A DNA stretch of 64,000 nucleotides from Narcine bancroftii (Eukaryota): positions 197,842,001 to 197,906,000 of the forward strand of contig NC_091474.1 of the NCBI RefSeq assembly GCF_036971445.1, given 5' to 3'. The notes beneath the pieces were generated by a model that ran no database searches, was not told where the DNA came from, and worked only from the letters and a program-made list of their open reading frames with translations. Of this stretch, positions 25,350 to 38,200 are shown one piece after another. How positions within the stretch are numbered: position 1 is the stretch's first letter; every line of letters begins with the position of its first letter. The position numbers and the translations under genes were made by a program.

Positions 25350-26400
25350 CAACACCCAGTCAGCCAAGTTTCTATCCTTGCTAGTACCTTTCCCATAATA
25401 CCACTGACTCCTATCTTGCTTAGCAGCCTCTTGTGCAGCACTTTGTTATAGGCCTTTGGAAAATACAGGTAAACAATATGCACTGACTCCTTTTTCTGTC
25501 CTGCTCATTATTTCCTCAAGGAACTCTTCTAACAGATTTGTCAGGCAGGATCTCCCTGAAGAAACCATGCTGACCAAGCTTATTTTATCTTGTGCTTTCA
25601 AATACTTTGAAAGCTTATTGTTAATGATGGGCTCCAGATTCTTGCCACTGAAATTAACATAATAGGCTTATAACTTCCTGACTTTTGTCTCTCTCCCTTC
25701 TTGAAGAGTGAAGTGATTTTTGCAATTTCCCAGTCTTCTGGAGCCATTCCCAACTCCAGCAATTCCTGAAAGATCACTGCTAATGCCTTCATAATTTCTT
25801 TATTTACCTCTTTTGGAACCCTAGGATGCAGTCCATCCAATCCAGCTTCCCAAGCACCTTTTCCTTAACAGTTACTACACTCAATTCTGCTCACTGCCTC
25901 GAATGTCCACTGTCTTCTGCAGTGAAGTCTAATGCAAAATGCCTATTTTGTTCATCTGCCATTGTTTGTTCCCCATTAACATTTCCCTGGCATCATTTTC
26001 TAGCACTTTGATGTCCACTCTTGCCTCTCTTTTCCTTTTAATATATCTGAAAAAGCTTCTTGTGTCCTCATTTATGTTATTAGCTTGCTTTCATATTTTA
26101 TTATTTTCTTGTTACTTTTTATTCTTGCCTTCTGTTGGTTTTTCAAAGCTATTCAATTCTTTGACATTACTAATTTTTGGCTGTTATGGTGTCTTTGACT
26201 TCCATTATCAGCCATGGTTTACCCACCCTCCCTTTAAAATGCTTCTCTTTCCGAGGAAACAATACTATGTCTTTTAGATTACTCCTAAAGACTCCTATCA
26301 TTGCTGCTGTACCATTTTACCTGCTTGGGTCCCCTTCAAATAATTCTTGGTCAGCTTCTCACTCATGCCTCAGCAGTTACCTTTACTCAACTATCATCAC
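25350..26400 (-). mobile_element. Decayed CR1-like LINE
   Basis: ORFs 25598..25840 (DGLHPRVPKEV...PEDWEIAKITSLFKKG) and 25226..25483 (KAYNKVLHKRLLSK). Confidence 0.85.
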
Positions 26401-26409
26401 GGTACATTC

Positions 26410-28095
26410 GATATTAGCTTGGATGAAAATATAGATGAATGGGTTAGCAAGGTTGCAGATTGGTGGAGTTGTGGATCATGTAAAGGATTATCAAAGAATA
26501 CACCAGGATTAAGATCAGTTACAGATATAAACAGAGACATGACAGATGGAGATTAATTCAAATGTGAGGTGTTGCACTTTGGGAGGTCAAATATAAAGGG
26601 AATGCAGTAGTTAATGGTAATATTGATGTACAGAAGGATCTGGGGGTCCAGGTCTATAACTTCTTGGAGGTGTCCACACAGGTAGATAGGATGTTAAAGA
26701 AGGCTTATGGTATGGTATGCGAGGGGAAAATTGGTGGTGCTAACATAACTGCTGTAATGGCAGCACTGGTGCAGATTTGGGAGCACATGGACAAGGCGCT
26801 GCTCCAAAGGGTTCAACCACTCAGTCCCAATGCCAATGGCTCCGTACAGGCTTTAAGTAGCCTGTTAAAGGAGCTGACGGTGTTTGTAAATAAAATACTG
26901 CAACCACAGAGGTCTGTGCCCAAGATGGCTGCACGTTTGCTTGGCAGGGCCATAAGGGGTTGCAGACTCCAAAGAGCAGCGGATTGATGCAGGGCACCAG
27001 AAACTGCATAACACTCCCTGTTGAGAAGGAGAAGCAGAGGAGGCACTCTGCATGGAAATTGACCATGACAGTGAGCCAGCGAGGGGCTCAGTGGCTAAGG
27101 TGCCAGAGAGTCTGTTGGCGACTTGTGGTTATGGGACCCACATGGGCTGCTGAAGACTGGCTCAGGGAACCAGGTATCGGAGCTGGGATCCGAGTGGATG
27201 CTAAGGGTAAGAAAGACTTACAAAGGGCCTTGGGCACTGAATTCATATTGAAGATTGGACCTGGATTTCGGGCGGCCGATGAATCAAATGGGAATCTGTG
27301 CAGCTGTAAAGGCTACAGGAGCGCTGGAGGTGAATGCATGTACACCGAGAATCTGAAGGGATGTTCTTGGTTCCCTTTCTCACTTACTGTAAAGGGCACC
27401 AAGTTTCACTGATAGCAATACTTTATCTTCCTTATAGTAGGCAAAAGTCAATTTTGTACAGGATTACATGTTCTGTGCGACTACATGAATCTTGAATCTA
27501 GCTTGTTGGCTGGTGCATTGAGTATAAAAGTAAGGAGGTAATGTTGCAATTTGTATAAAACTTTGGTTCAACAGCACTTGGAATACTATGTGCAATTCTA
27601 TTTGCCCCAATTCACGAAGGATGTGGAGGCTTTGGAAAGGGTGAAGAGATTTACCAGAATATTGCCTGGTTTAAATGGCATGAGTTATGGGGAGAGTTTG
27701 GACAAACATGGACTGTTTTCTCTGGAGAATAGGCAAGGCTGAGGAGCTATTTGATAGAAGTGTATAAAATCATGAGAAGCATTGAAAGGGTGGATGGTCT
27801 GAATCTTTCTCCAGGACAAAAGGTTAAGACACTGGAGTACATGCATTTGAGATGAAGTTTAAGGGAGATGTGTAGAGCAAATGTTTTACACAGACTGCTA
27901 GCTTAGAATGGGCTGCCAAGAGTGGTAGTGGAAGCAGATACAATAGTAACATTTAAGGGGCTTCGAGGCAGACACCTGGCTATAAAGGGGATGGTGGGAT
28001 ATGTATTAAGTACAAACTGTAGAGTTTTGATTTGATTTCAGCACAGACACATTGGTTAAAGGGCTTGATCCTGTGATGTATTTATTGTTCTATGT
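26410..28095 (+). mobile_element. CR1-like LINE 3' part, with an unrelated insert at about 26715-27498
   Basis: WVSKVAD, KCEVLHFGR and LYKTLVQQHLEYYVQF motifs. The insert is GC-richer and ends in a gaatcttgaat tail. Confidence 0.8.
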
Positions 28096-28471
28096 ACTCT
28101 TCTCGTCAAATAGAAGGAGCTCTGCTTTTCTTGAACTGCTAGATAGGCAAGGAAAGCATTGCTGACAATTGGTATTAATTGCCAAGCAAAAATATATTTG
28201 AATTTAATGTTTGCAATACTGAACAATTTTTTGCAATACTGAACAATACAAATCAGCCAACACCTGTCATAGTTAGGAACATGCAATTTAATTTGTATTT
28301 TTGCAAGCGAGCAAACCTTATAATGATATCAATGTTCAAAGAATACAAAAGAATGTTAAAAGAAATTAATGCCACCAGTAGACAATTATTTACTCTTAAA
28401 TTTGGAAATGTGTGTTTTTGTTAAAGTTAATTTTAAAACTTTGTTTTCTTTCCCGCTATCTTGGAATATAG

Positions 28472-28477
28472 TGAAGG
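28472..28477 (+). CDS. SNAP91: SNAP91 6-nt microexon (TGAAGG), phase 2-2
   Basis: Pyrimidine tract...aatatag|TGAAGG|gtaagt. Gives (S)E(G), matching the NEG segment of mammalian AP180 (...GKKPGNNEGSGAP...). Confidence 0.85.
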
Positions 28478-30109
28478 GTAAGTTTTAACAATTACATTAA
28501 TGTCTGAAGAGTAACTTTGAAAGATTACTCCTGGATATTGATAGCTATAACTGTAAAATGACCATGATGTTGCCTATTGGTTTAAATTGAAATCTGCTTT
28601 TTGATTTTTCCACAGCAAAAAAAAACAAAAGGAATAAATTAATGTGCTATTGTTTGTTAACTAACTGAGAAAATTGCTGCAGTTTTCAAGGGGTAATTTA
28701 AACATCTAAATAGAATATTTTTTGTCTACCGAACTGGAATTAATTCAATGCAGGAACAACTAATCTTGTAACTATTGTGTTAACTGATTCAGCATTGTCA
28801 TTGATACTAGGAAACCAGAGGACAGTCAGTAACAGGTTTTCCATCTTTCACATACTTCATAAGCCTCTTTTACTCAGGAATGCATTATGCAGTTGAGAAC
28901 TAAACTATTGAAGCAATGTACTGCCACGTCACTTCTTTCATTCGTCAATGAAATTAAAAACTTAATCTTTTGAATGATATTGGGATTTTTTTTTAAATTA
29001 AGGTTCAAATTGTACCAGAGGTTATGCAAACTTTTTTTTAAAAAAATCAACATTAACCATAGGGCCAAACAATGTGCAGATTTTAAGATTCATTTTCTAA
29101 TTTTTGATTGACTAGATATTTAGACTACTTATGGAGAATGGCTACTAGCTTATGTTAAGATATGCTCCAATTCTCAAGAGTTTGGACCCAAATAACTGTC
29201 AAAAGGTGTGTCATTGCAGGCAGACCCTAATTAGGGTTAGTAACTGCACACAAATCTAACAATTGCTGGAATAGTATACTGATAAATGGTATCTTAATGG
29301 AATTTGAGAATGATGAACTGTTGCTTTTATTTATTTTTAAATCCTTAAGTTCTGAGTACAAATTAAGGGCTTTTTAAAAAAAATTATAGACATGCATAAG
29401 TATTAAAGAAAGAACAATCGCATCCTGCATTCACCTTGTTTTTTAATTGTTCAATTAAAAACACTTGAAATGGAGAAATCAAGTCAAAAATGTAAATTGT
29501 ATGGGGAAAATGAAAGCAAACTTTAAATAGTATTATTTAGAGTTGTTAAAAGCATGAGATATGTTTCTTGCTTCAAAGTGCTCTTTTTCACATGGAATAT
29601 TGTAAATCATCCAAGTAAATGCGTAATTTCAAAGCAGCAGTGAATTGAAAATGTAATGAACAAGTCAATGTAAACCTGTTATTTAAATTGAAATTTATGG
29701 TATCAAAACTCCCAAAATAATTTTGTGCTCTTGTGGATCATTGAGCTATTCAACTGAAGACTTGAGTGCATAAAATGGGACTTCCCAGCTTCTATTCACC
29801 ATCTTTCAATAACAAACCTCTTGGTTTGTAAGATATTTGATAATGTCTCTGTCTTATTTGTCTAAATTTGCTCCTGCACTGTGTACATGGTCTATATTCT
29901 TGTTTCTTGATTTAGCTCATGAATTTAAGATTTTCATTCGTATACTTTTTCTAAATAGAAATTATTACTTTTTATTAAAATCAAAGAATGCTGAACATAC
30001 TTGGGAGGCATGGTGATAATGTAGTTAGAAAAATTATAGACATTTATATCAAAAAGAGATCATTCAGCCTGTCATCAGTTTCATCCCCAAATGCCAGTGA
30101 ATACAATGT

Positions 30110-30990
30110 CAACCGTGAGTAAGTTACTGGAGAGGATTTTGAGAGACAGAATCTCCATGCATTTGGAAAGGAAAGGAAAGGACTGATTATGAATGAGACT
30201 AAAATTGGTGGACAGTGACAATTGTTTAAGAATTTGGGCCAAGGAACAGCAGATTGAATTTAACTCTGGGAATTGTATTTTGGTTGGTTAAACCAGGGCA
30301 GTATATGCACTGTGGATGGTAGGATCCTGCAGATGTTGTGGAACAAAGAGAATTAGGGATACAGGTACATAGTTCCATTAAAAAGTGGCAACATGAGTAG
30401 ATAGGGTGCTGAAGAAGACGTTCAGCAGGTTTGCCTTCATTGCTCAAGGCAGTGGGTGGAGAAGCAAGGATATGTTAGAATTGTACAAGATGCACACAGT
30501 ACTGCACACAGTATTGGTCATCTTGTTTTAGAAAATGTATCGTTAAGCTGGAAAGGGTGCAAAAGAATTTAAAAGAATATTATCGAGACTGGTGGGTTTG
30601 AACTATGAGGAAAGGCTTGATAAGCTGGGTCTTTTCTCCCTAAAGGTTAGGAGGCTAATGGGGGACTTCACACAGGTTTATAAATCATGAAGGGCATAGA
30701 TAAAGCAAATAGCTGGTCTTTTTCCACAGTAGGGTAGTCAACAACTAGAGGGCATAAATTGAAGATGAGAAAGATTTAAAAGGGACACCTTCTTTACTTG
30801 GAGAGTAGATATAAATGGAATGAGCAAGGAAATGGAGGTGGAGACAATTGTAATGTTTTAAAAACAAATGGAGAGAAACCTAGAAAGGAAAGATATAGAT
30901 GAATATGTGCCAAATGCAGGCAAAATTAGCTAATTTTGTCAGCAGGGACAGGTTGGGCCAAAGGATCTGTTTCTGTGCTGTAGAAATCTG
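30110..30990 (+). mobile_element. Decayed CR1-like LINE 3' part
   Basis: Colinear with the other CR1 3' copies (ggtacatagttcc...aaagtggc, aggctaatgggggac, actagagggcat). Confidence 0.75.
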
Positions 30991-32799
30991 ATCCCATGTC
31001 ATTTTGATTAATTTCCTCTTAATCTCTTCAAATGGTAATCTACATGGTACTTTCTGTGCTGAGGGTTTCTGCTCATTCACTGATCTGAGAACTATTTTCC
31101 TTAACAGTGCTCTGAACCATTATATTTTAAATATGGCCCCTAATTTTGACTTCTGCCAATGGAAATGAATCCACCTGTCTATTCCACAAAATGTGTCAGC
31201 CTCAGTTAAATCTTTCTTCCATTTCCTTTGTTCCAAAAGAAGCCCCCCTTCCTTGATTTGGTATCCCAGCACTTGCAGCATCTTAGAAATCTCCACGGCA
31301 TCTTCCCTAGAGGTGTAAAATTCTTCTGGTAATTTGGTGGCCAGGATTATGTGTGGTATTGTAACAGATGACTAACAATTGTTTCATATTCTTTGCCTGG
31401 TTACTCTTATTTTGGCAAATTCAAAGGGTAATATCCAGTTTACCATTTGAACCACCTTGTCAATCAATCTACTTTTTGAAGAATTTGTGGTCATACACTC
31501 CAATGACTATTCCCCTACAACATTCCACTTTATGTTCCCTTGTTTAGCTTTTCCAGTGACAGGAACATTTATTTTTAAAAATTTGAGGGAGAACATGCCT
31601 CATAATTTGAAGTGGCACCATTTAATCAAGGGCAGTTGGAATGGATCTGATGAGGAAATATCCAACTGGCAGTTAAATTTTTGAGGAAATTAGGTTAATT
31701 GGGAGACCATATTTGATGTCCTGTATTCAGATGATAGCTAACAAAGTTTCATATGACATGTCCATTAGAAAGATAAAATTGCTTGTGCCCCATGGATATT
31801 TAATTAAAAATTGGGTTCTGCTACGAGTGAAGGATTCGAGACAATGAAGGTGACCACAAATTGACGTGGAATGGCCTTCCACCTGATTTGTCTCTTAATG
31901 ACTTGGATTTAAATGATTAACAAGTTGCATAATGATGCCAAAATTTGTAATATGGTTGATAGGAAGAAGAATGGAATGGTTTTGCAGTGCAAATGGAATT
32001 CAATCCAGAAAAGTGCAGGGTACTGCTAATTTCCCCATAGTTAATCAGTCAAACATTTTTAAACTATGGTCCCACTTTGGCAAACTTCAAGTTCTCTGGC
32101 ACTGTATCAGCATCTTCACATCAAAAGTGCTGTAAAGTCATAGGGAGAGCTTGTTGTATTCCCTCACTATTAACAAGATGTGATGCATTTTACTAGGATA
32201 TAAAGGTGAACTGAAGGTTACATTGGACATCAATAAAATATCATGCAAATAGATTTATTCAACTAAGCATAAATAAATTGTGTTTATATAGTCATCAACA
32301 ATGACTGTGCTCAGGAAATTCAATGTAATTTGTATATTTGAAACTTTTTCTAATTTTCATTGACTGGATTAGAAGAATAGAATGGGGCAGTTTGGTACAC
32401 TAGTTTAAATATTATGTGCTGGTTTACATAGAAATAAGAACAACACTTGTTACATTGTCAGTGATATATTTGAATATTTCAAAATTGTTTTTAATTCTCT
32501 ATCCAACTCCTCCCCTTAGCTTGGGGTTTCTAAGATTGCCCAGTGCAACAATGAAGGTTGTGAATTACGGTGCTACTTTGCATTAGTTATGAATATATCT
32601 GGGTCATAAGTGCATTTCTAATTTTGCATTGTGATATTTTACTGCTTTACTATATTTGCTTCCTAAATCCTATTACTTTGTGTGCCATTCCCATACAACA
32701 TTGTACACAGACAAAGATGCCTTCAGGGTATACGTAATTCATTGTTAACCGCTTTCTGCTATATCTTGAAGATATCTAATCATCTGCCCATATTTTTAG

Positions 32800-32830
32800 G
32801 TCAACAGGAGCACCTTTACAGGGGAATACG
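32800..32830 (+). CDS. SNAP91: SNAP91 small exon, 31 nt, phase 2-0
   Basis: ctaat...tgcccatatttttag|G TCA ACA GGA GCA CCT TTA CAG GGG AAT ACG|gtaatg. Encodes STGAPLQGNT, at the position of mammalian SGAPSPLSK, and supplies the phase 2-to-0 change the chain needs. Confidence 0.75.
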
Positions 32831-33429
32831 GTAATGTTTGATTTTTTTTCCCACTCAATGCATCAACCCCCCTAACCTCCCCCCACCAAATGAAGAATAG
32901 GATAACGTTCTGCATTTTCTTTTGTCTTGAGTGAGAATTTTCATTTGCTGCTTTATTGTGCATCTGTTTATAAAAGCTGTTATACGTAATACACAAGATA
33001 ATTTGTATCCATGAAGGTTAAAAAGCAGATAATTTTCTGTTGAGGGTACTGAAAGTAATTTTCCCTCCACTCTTTTCACTTCATTTCTTTTTCCTTCCAA
33101 CCTATGCCTGTTCAGCCTGATTTCTGTGATCTGCACCAAAGGTTATTGTATTGTGACCCTTGATCTGTTTTTCCTATGTGAAACTCTCAAGCAATAAAAA
33201 CCACACAAAATTATACAAAGGTGATTACACTTTTTAAAAAAAAGTTTTCAAATGACTCATTGTTGCAATGCTCAGCAGGTCACACAGCATTTAAGTTAAT
33301 ATTTCTTTCTAGCATCCTTGCTTATTTGTGCATTGACTTTTTCAGAATTTTAAATGTCTGAAACTTCATTGAATTTTTTTTTCTTTTGGAAATGACACAT
33401 TTTCCATTTTTCTGAAATTCATTCTACTG

Positions 33430-34310
33430 TTAATTCTTGTTTATTAACATCTGATTATACATATGCAAACCAATGAAACAGCATCTCTCCAGGACATGGA
33501 GTATGTACAAAAGCACACAGTGCATAATGGTCACATAAATAATCAAAATAAATAAATAAGTAGATAGCTATTTGGGGTGATTTTCATAGTTACAGGAGCC
33601 TTTTGGAAGAAACTATTCCCCAGTTTGGCAGTCCTGATTTTGATGCTCCTGTATCACCTTGATGGTAATGGGTTGAAAATACTGTGTTTGATGGAAAGGG
33701 TCTCTATAAGACACTCCCAATTAAAAAGTTGTCAAGATGAGGTCGGTTGCCTTGCCCTCCTTGGGAAGTATAGGCACTGTTGTGCCCCTCTGACTAATGG
33801 GGAGGTGTTGTGAGTCCAGAATAGATCATCCATTATATGCTCACCAAGGAGCTTTGTGCTCTCCATTATCTACATTACAGAACAGAACCATTGATGTGTA
33901 GTAGAGAATGGCCAACCTTCATCTTCCTAGAGTCCATAATCACCTCCTTTTTCTTGTCCACATTAAGACTTAGGTTGTTGTTCTTGCATCATTTTACAAG
34001 CCTTTCAGTCCCCTCTCTCTAATGCAACTCATTGTTGCTGATGAGGTCAACTACTGATGTACCCTCCGCAAATTTGATGATTCTGTTGGAACTGAATCTG
34101 GCAGTGCAATCATGAGTCAGCAACGTGAACAGTAGCCGGCTGTGCCTTGGGTGCGCCAGAGTTCAGCATGATGGGGCTTGAGGTTTTGCTGCCAATCCGA
34201 ACAGACTGTGGTCTTTCCATCAAGAAATCCAGAATCCAGTTGCAGAGAGGGGTGTTGATTCCCAGCGAGGTCAGTTTATCCACCAGCATCTGAGGTATGA
34301 TTGTGTTGAT
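33430..34310 (-). mobile_element. Rex1/Babar-like LINE fragment
   Basis: ORF 34110..34325 reads [39 protein letters not shown]. Confidence 0.85.
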
Positions 34311-35419
34311 ATCTTTTTTAAACAATTCTAAATATCATAATCTCTTCAATACAATTACTTTATTCCTAACATTTAAGGATGTTGTTCAATTGACAAACTC
34401 GCACTTCACTGGTGAATAGCCAAAGGCTATTAACTAATGGCCAAATTGCATTGTTAGCTAAATAAGCAAAGTATATCGTGAGGTGAGGGTGCTTTGAAAT
34501 TGGCGTAATAGAAGAGAATGAGGTCCTGGAAACCAAATTTCAGGGTTTATAAATGATCCTTTTTAGAAAAAAACCCTTTTGTTTAATAATTGTTGGCTTG
34601 AAATGTCACATGTTGATGTGTATTCGTCAATACACTAGTGTAGATCAATGAATGGCTGAGGAAGTGGTTATGTAGGAGGGAGAACATTAGAATCCTGAGA
34701 TTCACTTCACTTAAGGCAAGATTAGGCATAGTGACAGAAATTAGCATGCAGCTTTAGAAAGAAGAAATAGTGTACATAGGGGTTTGGTGAAACAAACACC
34801 ACTTGAATAAGACTGCTACAGCAGTCCTCAAAGTTTTCAGGAAATCCAGGAAAGTTCATTCTGAAGAAACCAAGTTCTCTTATGATGTAATGGCATCACC
34901 CTATTTGAATAAGATTGGATCTCAGGAACCCTGTTATAAATCCACAGAGGCTCATCAGGCATTTTATAAAAATTATGATCATTATGAAGTCATATCCCTG
35001 CCCCTCTATACAAATAAAAATTCTAATAAGTTTCCAAAATGGTATGTCTTGAGGTGGTTATAGATTGAATCTGCTGTCCCACCTATTTGGCACGAGCACT
35101 GTGGCAAAGAAGAAATTTTACCTTGTTCAATCTTGAACAAATAAAAGTTACTGTGACAAATAGCATTAAAATGGTACTTTTGTTTTTAAAAACTACAATT
35201 CTTGAATTCTAAATTAGCAAGCCACGTGAGGGTACTTCATTGGTTCAAGATAATGCCTCAAAATGCATAATAAATAATCTTGCCAGCAAAGCCTTCATCT
35301 TATAAATTAATGAAATCAAAATCTATTTGAGACTTTTCATTCTTTGCACTTTTGATTTTTTGGGGGGAGGCCAAAGGGCTGAACTATAAAGCTGAGTTAA
35401 ACAAAAGAGATGCTGGAAA

Positions 35420-35612
35420 CTGCAGCAATGCACAGATTGCTGGAGGAACTTTATGGGTCAGGTGGTGTCAATGGAAGGCAATAGATGGTCAGTGTTTTGG
35501 CTGAACCCCTCCATCAAGATTCCTGATGAAGGGTTTTGACTTGAAACATTGACTATCCATTCTCTTCCATGGATTTGGCCTGAGCTTCTGATTTCCTCCA
35601 ACATTTTGCATG
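35420..35612. repeat. Imperfect inverted repeat made of two opposed Penelope-like terminal modules
   Basis: tgctggaggaac...ccctccatcaaga | tcctgatgaaggg...ttcctccaaca; arms about 95 bp, centre near 35520. Confidence 0.75.
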
Positions 35613-35954
35613 TTGAAACTGAAGCCATTGTGCTTCTGGCATTAGATTAAAATGTAATCATTTATGGGACAGGTAATAAAACCAAATGCAAGTACCTGAA
35701 AAATCTCACTTGAGTATCCCAACTACCTTAAATTTCATCCTTCTGAGTGCTTCTAAGATTTATTTCTTTTTGATTGTTGGATAGGTTATTTCAAACCTGA
35801 GCACTTTTTTTTCAGTAATTACTTATGCTAAAATGTATGAACAAATTCAGCGAGTTCAAAAAAGGTTGGTCTCAATGTTTATGGGTAAAACAGAACATTC
35901 TAAACACGAGTAACCATCTGCATTCTTCAAAGATGTTTGTTTAAACCTTTCCAG

Positions 35955-36067
35955 GGTTCTCCAGAAAACACAGGGTCATCTCCCACATCTAGTCCTGCAA
36001 AGATGGCTGATACTGCTGCAGTAGTTGATCTCTTTTCATCCCAACCTTCTGTCGTAGCTCCAGCAAG
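35955..36067 (+). CDS. SNAP91: SNAP91 internal exon, 113 nt, phase 0-2, GC donor
   Basis: tttccag|GGT TCT CCA...GCA AG|gcaagt. Encodes GSPENTGSSPTSSPAKMADTAAVVDLFSSQPSVVAPA, which aligns to SSPATTVTSPNSTPAKTIDTSPPVDLF. Confidence 0.9.
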
Positions 36068-37846
36068 GCAAGTCCATTTCGAGCTGGAGATAAAAAAAAA
36101 ATTGTAGAACAATACCAAATGTTTTTAAGTACTTGGTTCCTTATACTGTGCATTTTATTATAATGTCAAATTGTTTATTGTGTGAAGTGTACATGTCTTT
36201 ATGTACATATAAGAGTTGTCATTCTGAAGCTTTTCCTCAATTTTCCAGCTGAGTGATACTTAGTGGGAGATTAAATGCTTTTTTGAAGATGTGTGTGAAG
36301 GTTGAAATTTATTTTGTATCTTCAATAGTAGAATGGAAGATTTTAAAAATAATTAGACTTTAAATTATAGGTCCATTTTATTTGGAGATGGTTCTGACTT
36401 GTGCGTTACCAGAAAATGATTTAGCTGGGAACTATATCAACAGCATGGAGAACCCTTTTCATTGTTGTCAGTTTTTTGCTCAGCACATGAATTATTTTAT
36501 TGTATTCGAACAAAGAAAGGCTGTTGATCTTGATATTTCTAGTAGGGAATAAGCAAAGACCTTTGGTGTTACCTGCACCAATCATTCATTAGAAAATTAT
36601 GACCTTAATGTACAGGAACAAAGAATACCCATGCCAGTTGAAGATTTAGGTAGAATAGACAGTAGTCAGGAGATCAGGTCATTCATTGCATTGCTGTTGT
36701 AATTGAAGGCCTTGGTGAAAATACCAAAACATTTTCTATAATTTAAAACAAAAAATATCAAAAATCTGCCTTAATATTACAGGTGAAAGTGACCAGCATA
36801 TGCTTTCCCTACTTAAATGTACAACCACTAGTTTTAGTGCTTTACAAGTTTTAAATTTAAATGTACACACAAGTACCGTAGCAGGCTCTCCAGCCCATGA
36901 GCCCACGCCCCCCCCAAATACTCCAATTAAATGTTTTCAAGGGTGAGAGGAAATCAGAGTACCTGGAGGAAACCCTCGCAGACACATGACAGTGCCACAT
37001 TCAAACCCATTCAATACTTTTGACTACTTGTGAAGTTTGCCCAACTTGTAATTTCTGACTTGTCTCCTCCTGATCCCGACATCAAACCATTGCAAACAGT
37101 TTACAGACTTGATGAATTTGCATTGATGTATTCAATTCAATTCATTTCAAAAGAGCTGGAGACCAGTCTATTTGTTTTGGATGTTTACGTAAAATAAAAT
37201 TGTCTGGAAGGTTTAGTCCCTATACTCTGTTATTAATTGGGCACTGATAAATATGTTTACATTTTAAACATGAACGTACATCTTTGAACTTTTTCTTATT
37301 TTAGAAACTGAAGATAACATTTACTTCCTCCAATTCAAGGACTAAGTCTAGATAATTAGGCTGCTATTACTTATTTTTGTATACAGTCAGTTAACAAGTT
37401 CAAAGTTTGAGAGTTTTTCATTTATTATGATGTCTCAGAAGAGTGTTTTCATTTCATGTGGAAAATACAATAGAGCCCAGTATGAGCTCCAAGAAAAGTT
37501 AAGGCCTAAACACTGTCATCATTTTTAAGCCATGATGTTTTTTGCTGAAGAATGTGCCCTTTCTCTGGATGCTCTTTGTTGTCAGTTCAGTCCTCAAAGA
37601 AAACTATACAATTTGTTGGCCAGTGTGAATGGCATTTGCAATTAAGATTACAAATCTCATGGACAGCCACTAAACCAATAATATCTCTATTTCTGTGTTG
37701 AAATGACTTGTTCTTGGAAATACTGATATTATCAACAGTTAGTGCAACGATAAGAGTTCAGACCTTGTCCTGGAAATTCAGAGCCCAAATGTTTATGATG
37801 GTGAAATATTTTCTGAACTGTAAATTACAAAACACTTTCATTACAG

Positions 37847-37947
37847 TGCATCAAAATTGTCCAATGATCTTCTTGATCTACAACCAGATTTTACACCTGC
37901 AATTCAGTCAACAGCAGCAGCAAATCCACCAGCGAGTGCTTGGGGAG
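37847..37947 (+). CDS. SNAP91: SNAP91 internal exon, 101 nt, phase 2-1
   Basis: ttacag|T GCA...TGG GGA G|gtgaga. Encodes (S)ASKLSNDLLDLQPDFTPAIQSTAAANPPASAWG; DLLDLQPDF and AWG are AP180 landmarks. Confidence 0.95.
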
Positions 37948-38200
37948 GTGAGAAAATTTCATTACAAGAATATTTATAACAGATTAAAATAACCTGAAAT
38001 TCATCCTCTAAGCACAGTTTGGTGTTGTCAGGGGAATTCACTTTTAGAATCAAAGTGTACCCTTTTGTTACCATGTTAGTATGTGACTAAGGATGAACTT
38101 GAGCAAATTCTGCATGGAGTTCAAGAAATCAAATCTAAAGGCAGGATGAGACTGAACCTTGTTATTGCTATTGTTCTGCTGATGTTATGCAATTGATACA

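Noticed and set aside
26664-27412. Cluster of 80-150-aa ORFs
   Set aside because: They lie within a GC-richer repeat insert inside a CR1 and show no protein motifs.
25350-28095. Opposed CR1 pieces resembling a twin-priming 5' inversion
   Set aside because: The geometry roughly fits, but the halves look like different CR1 subfamilies and I found no shared TSD. Independent insertions are more likely.
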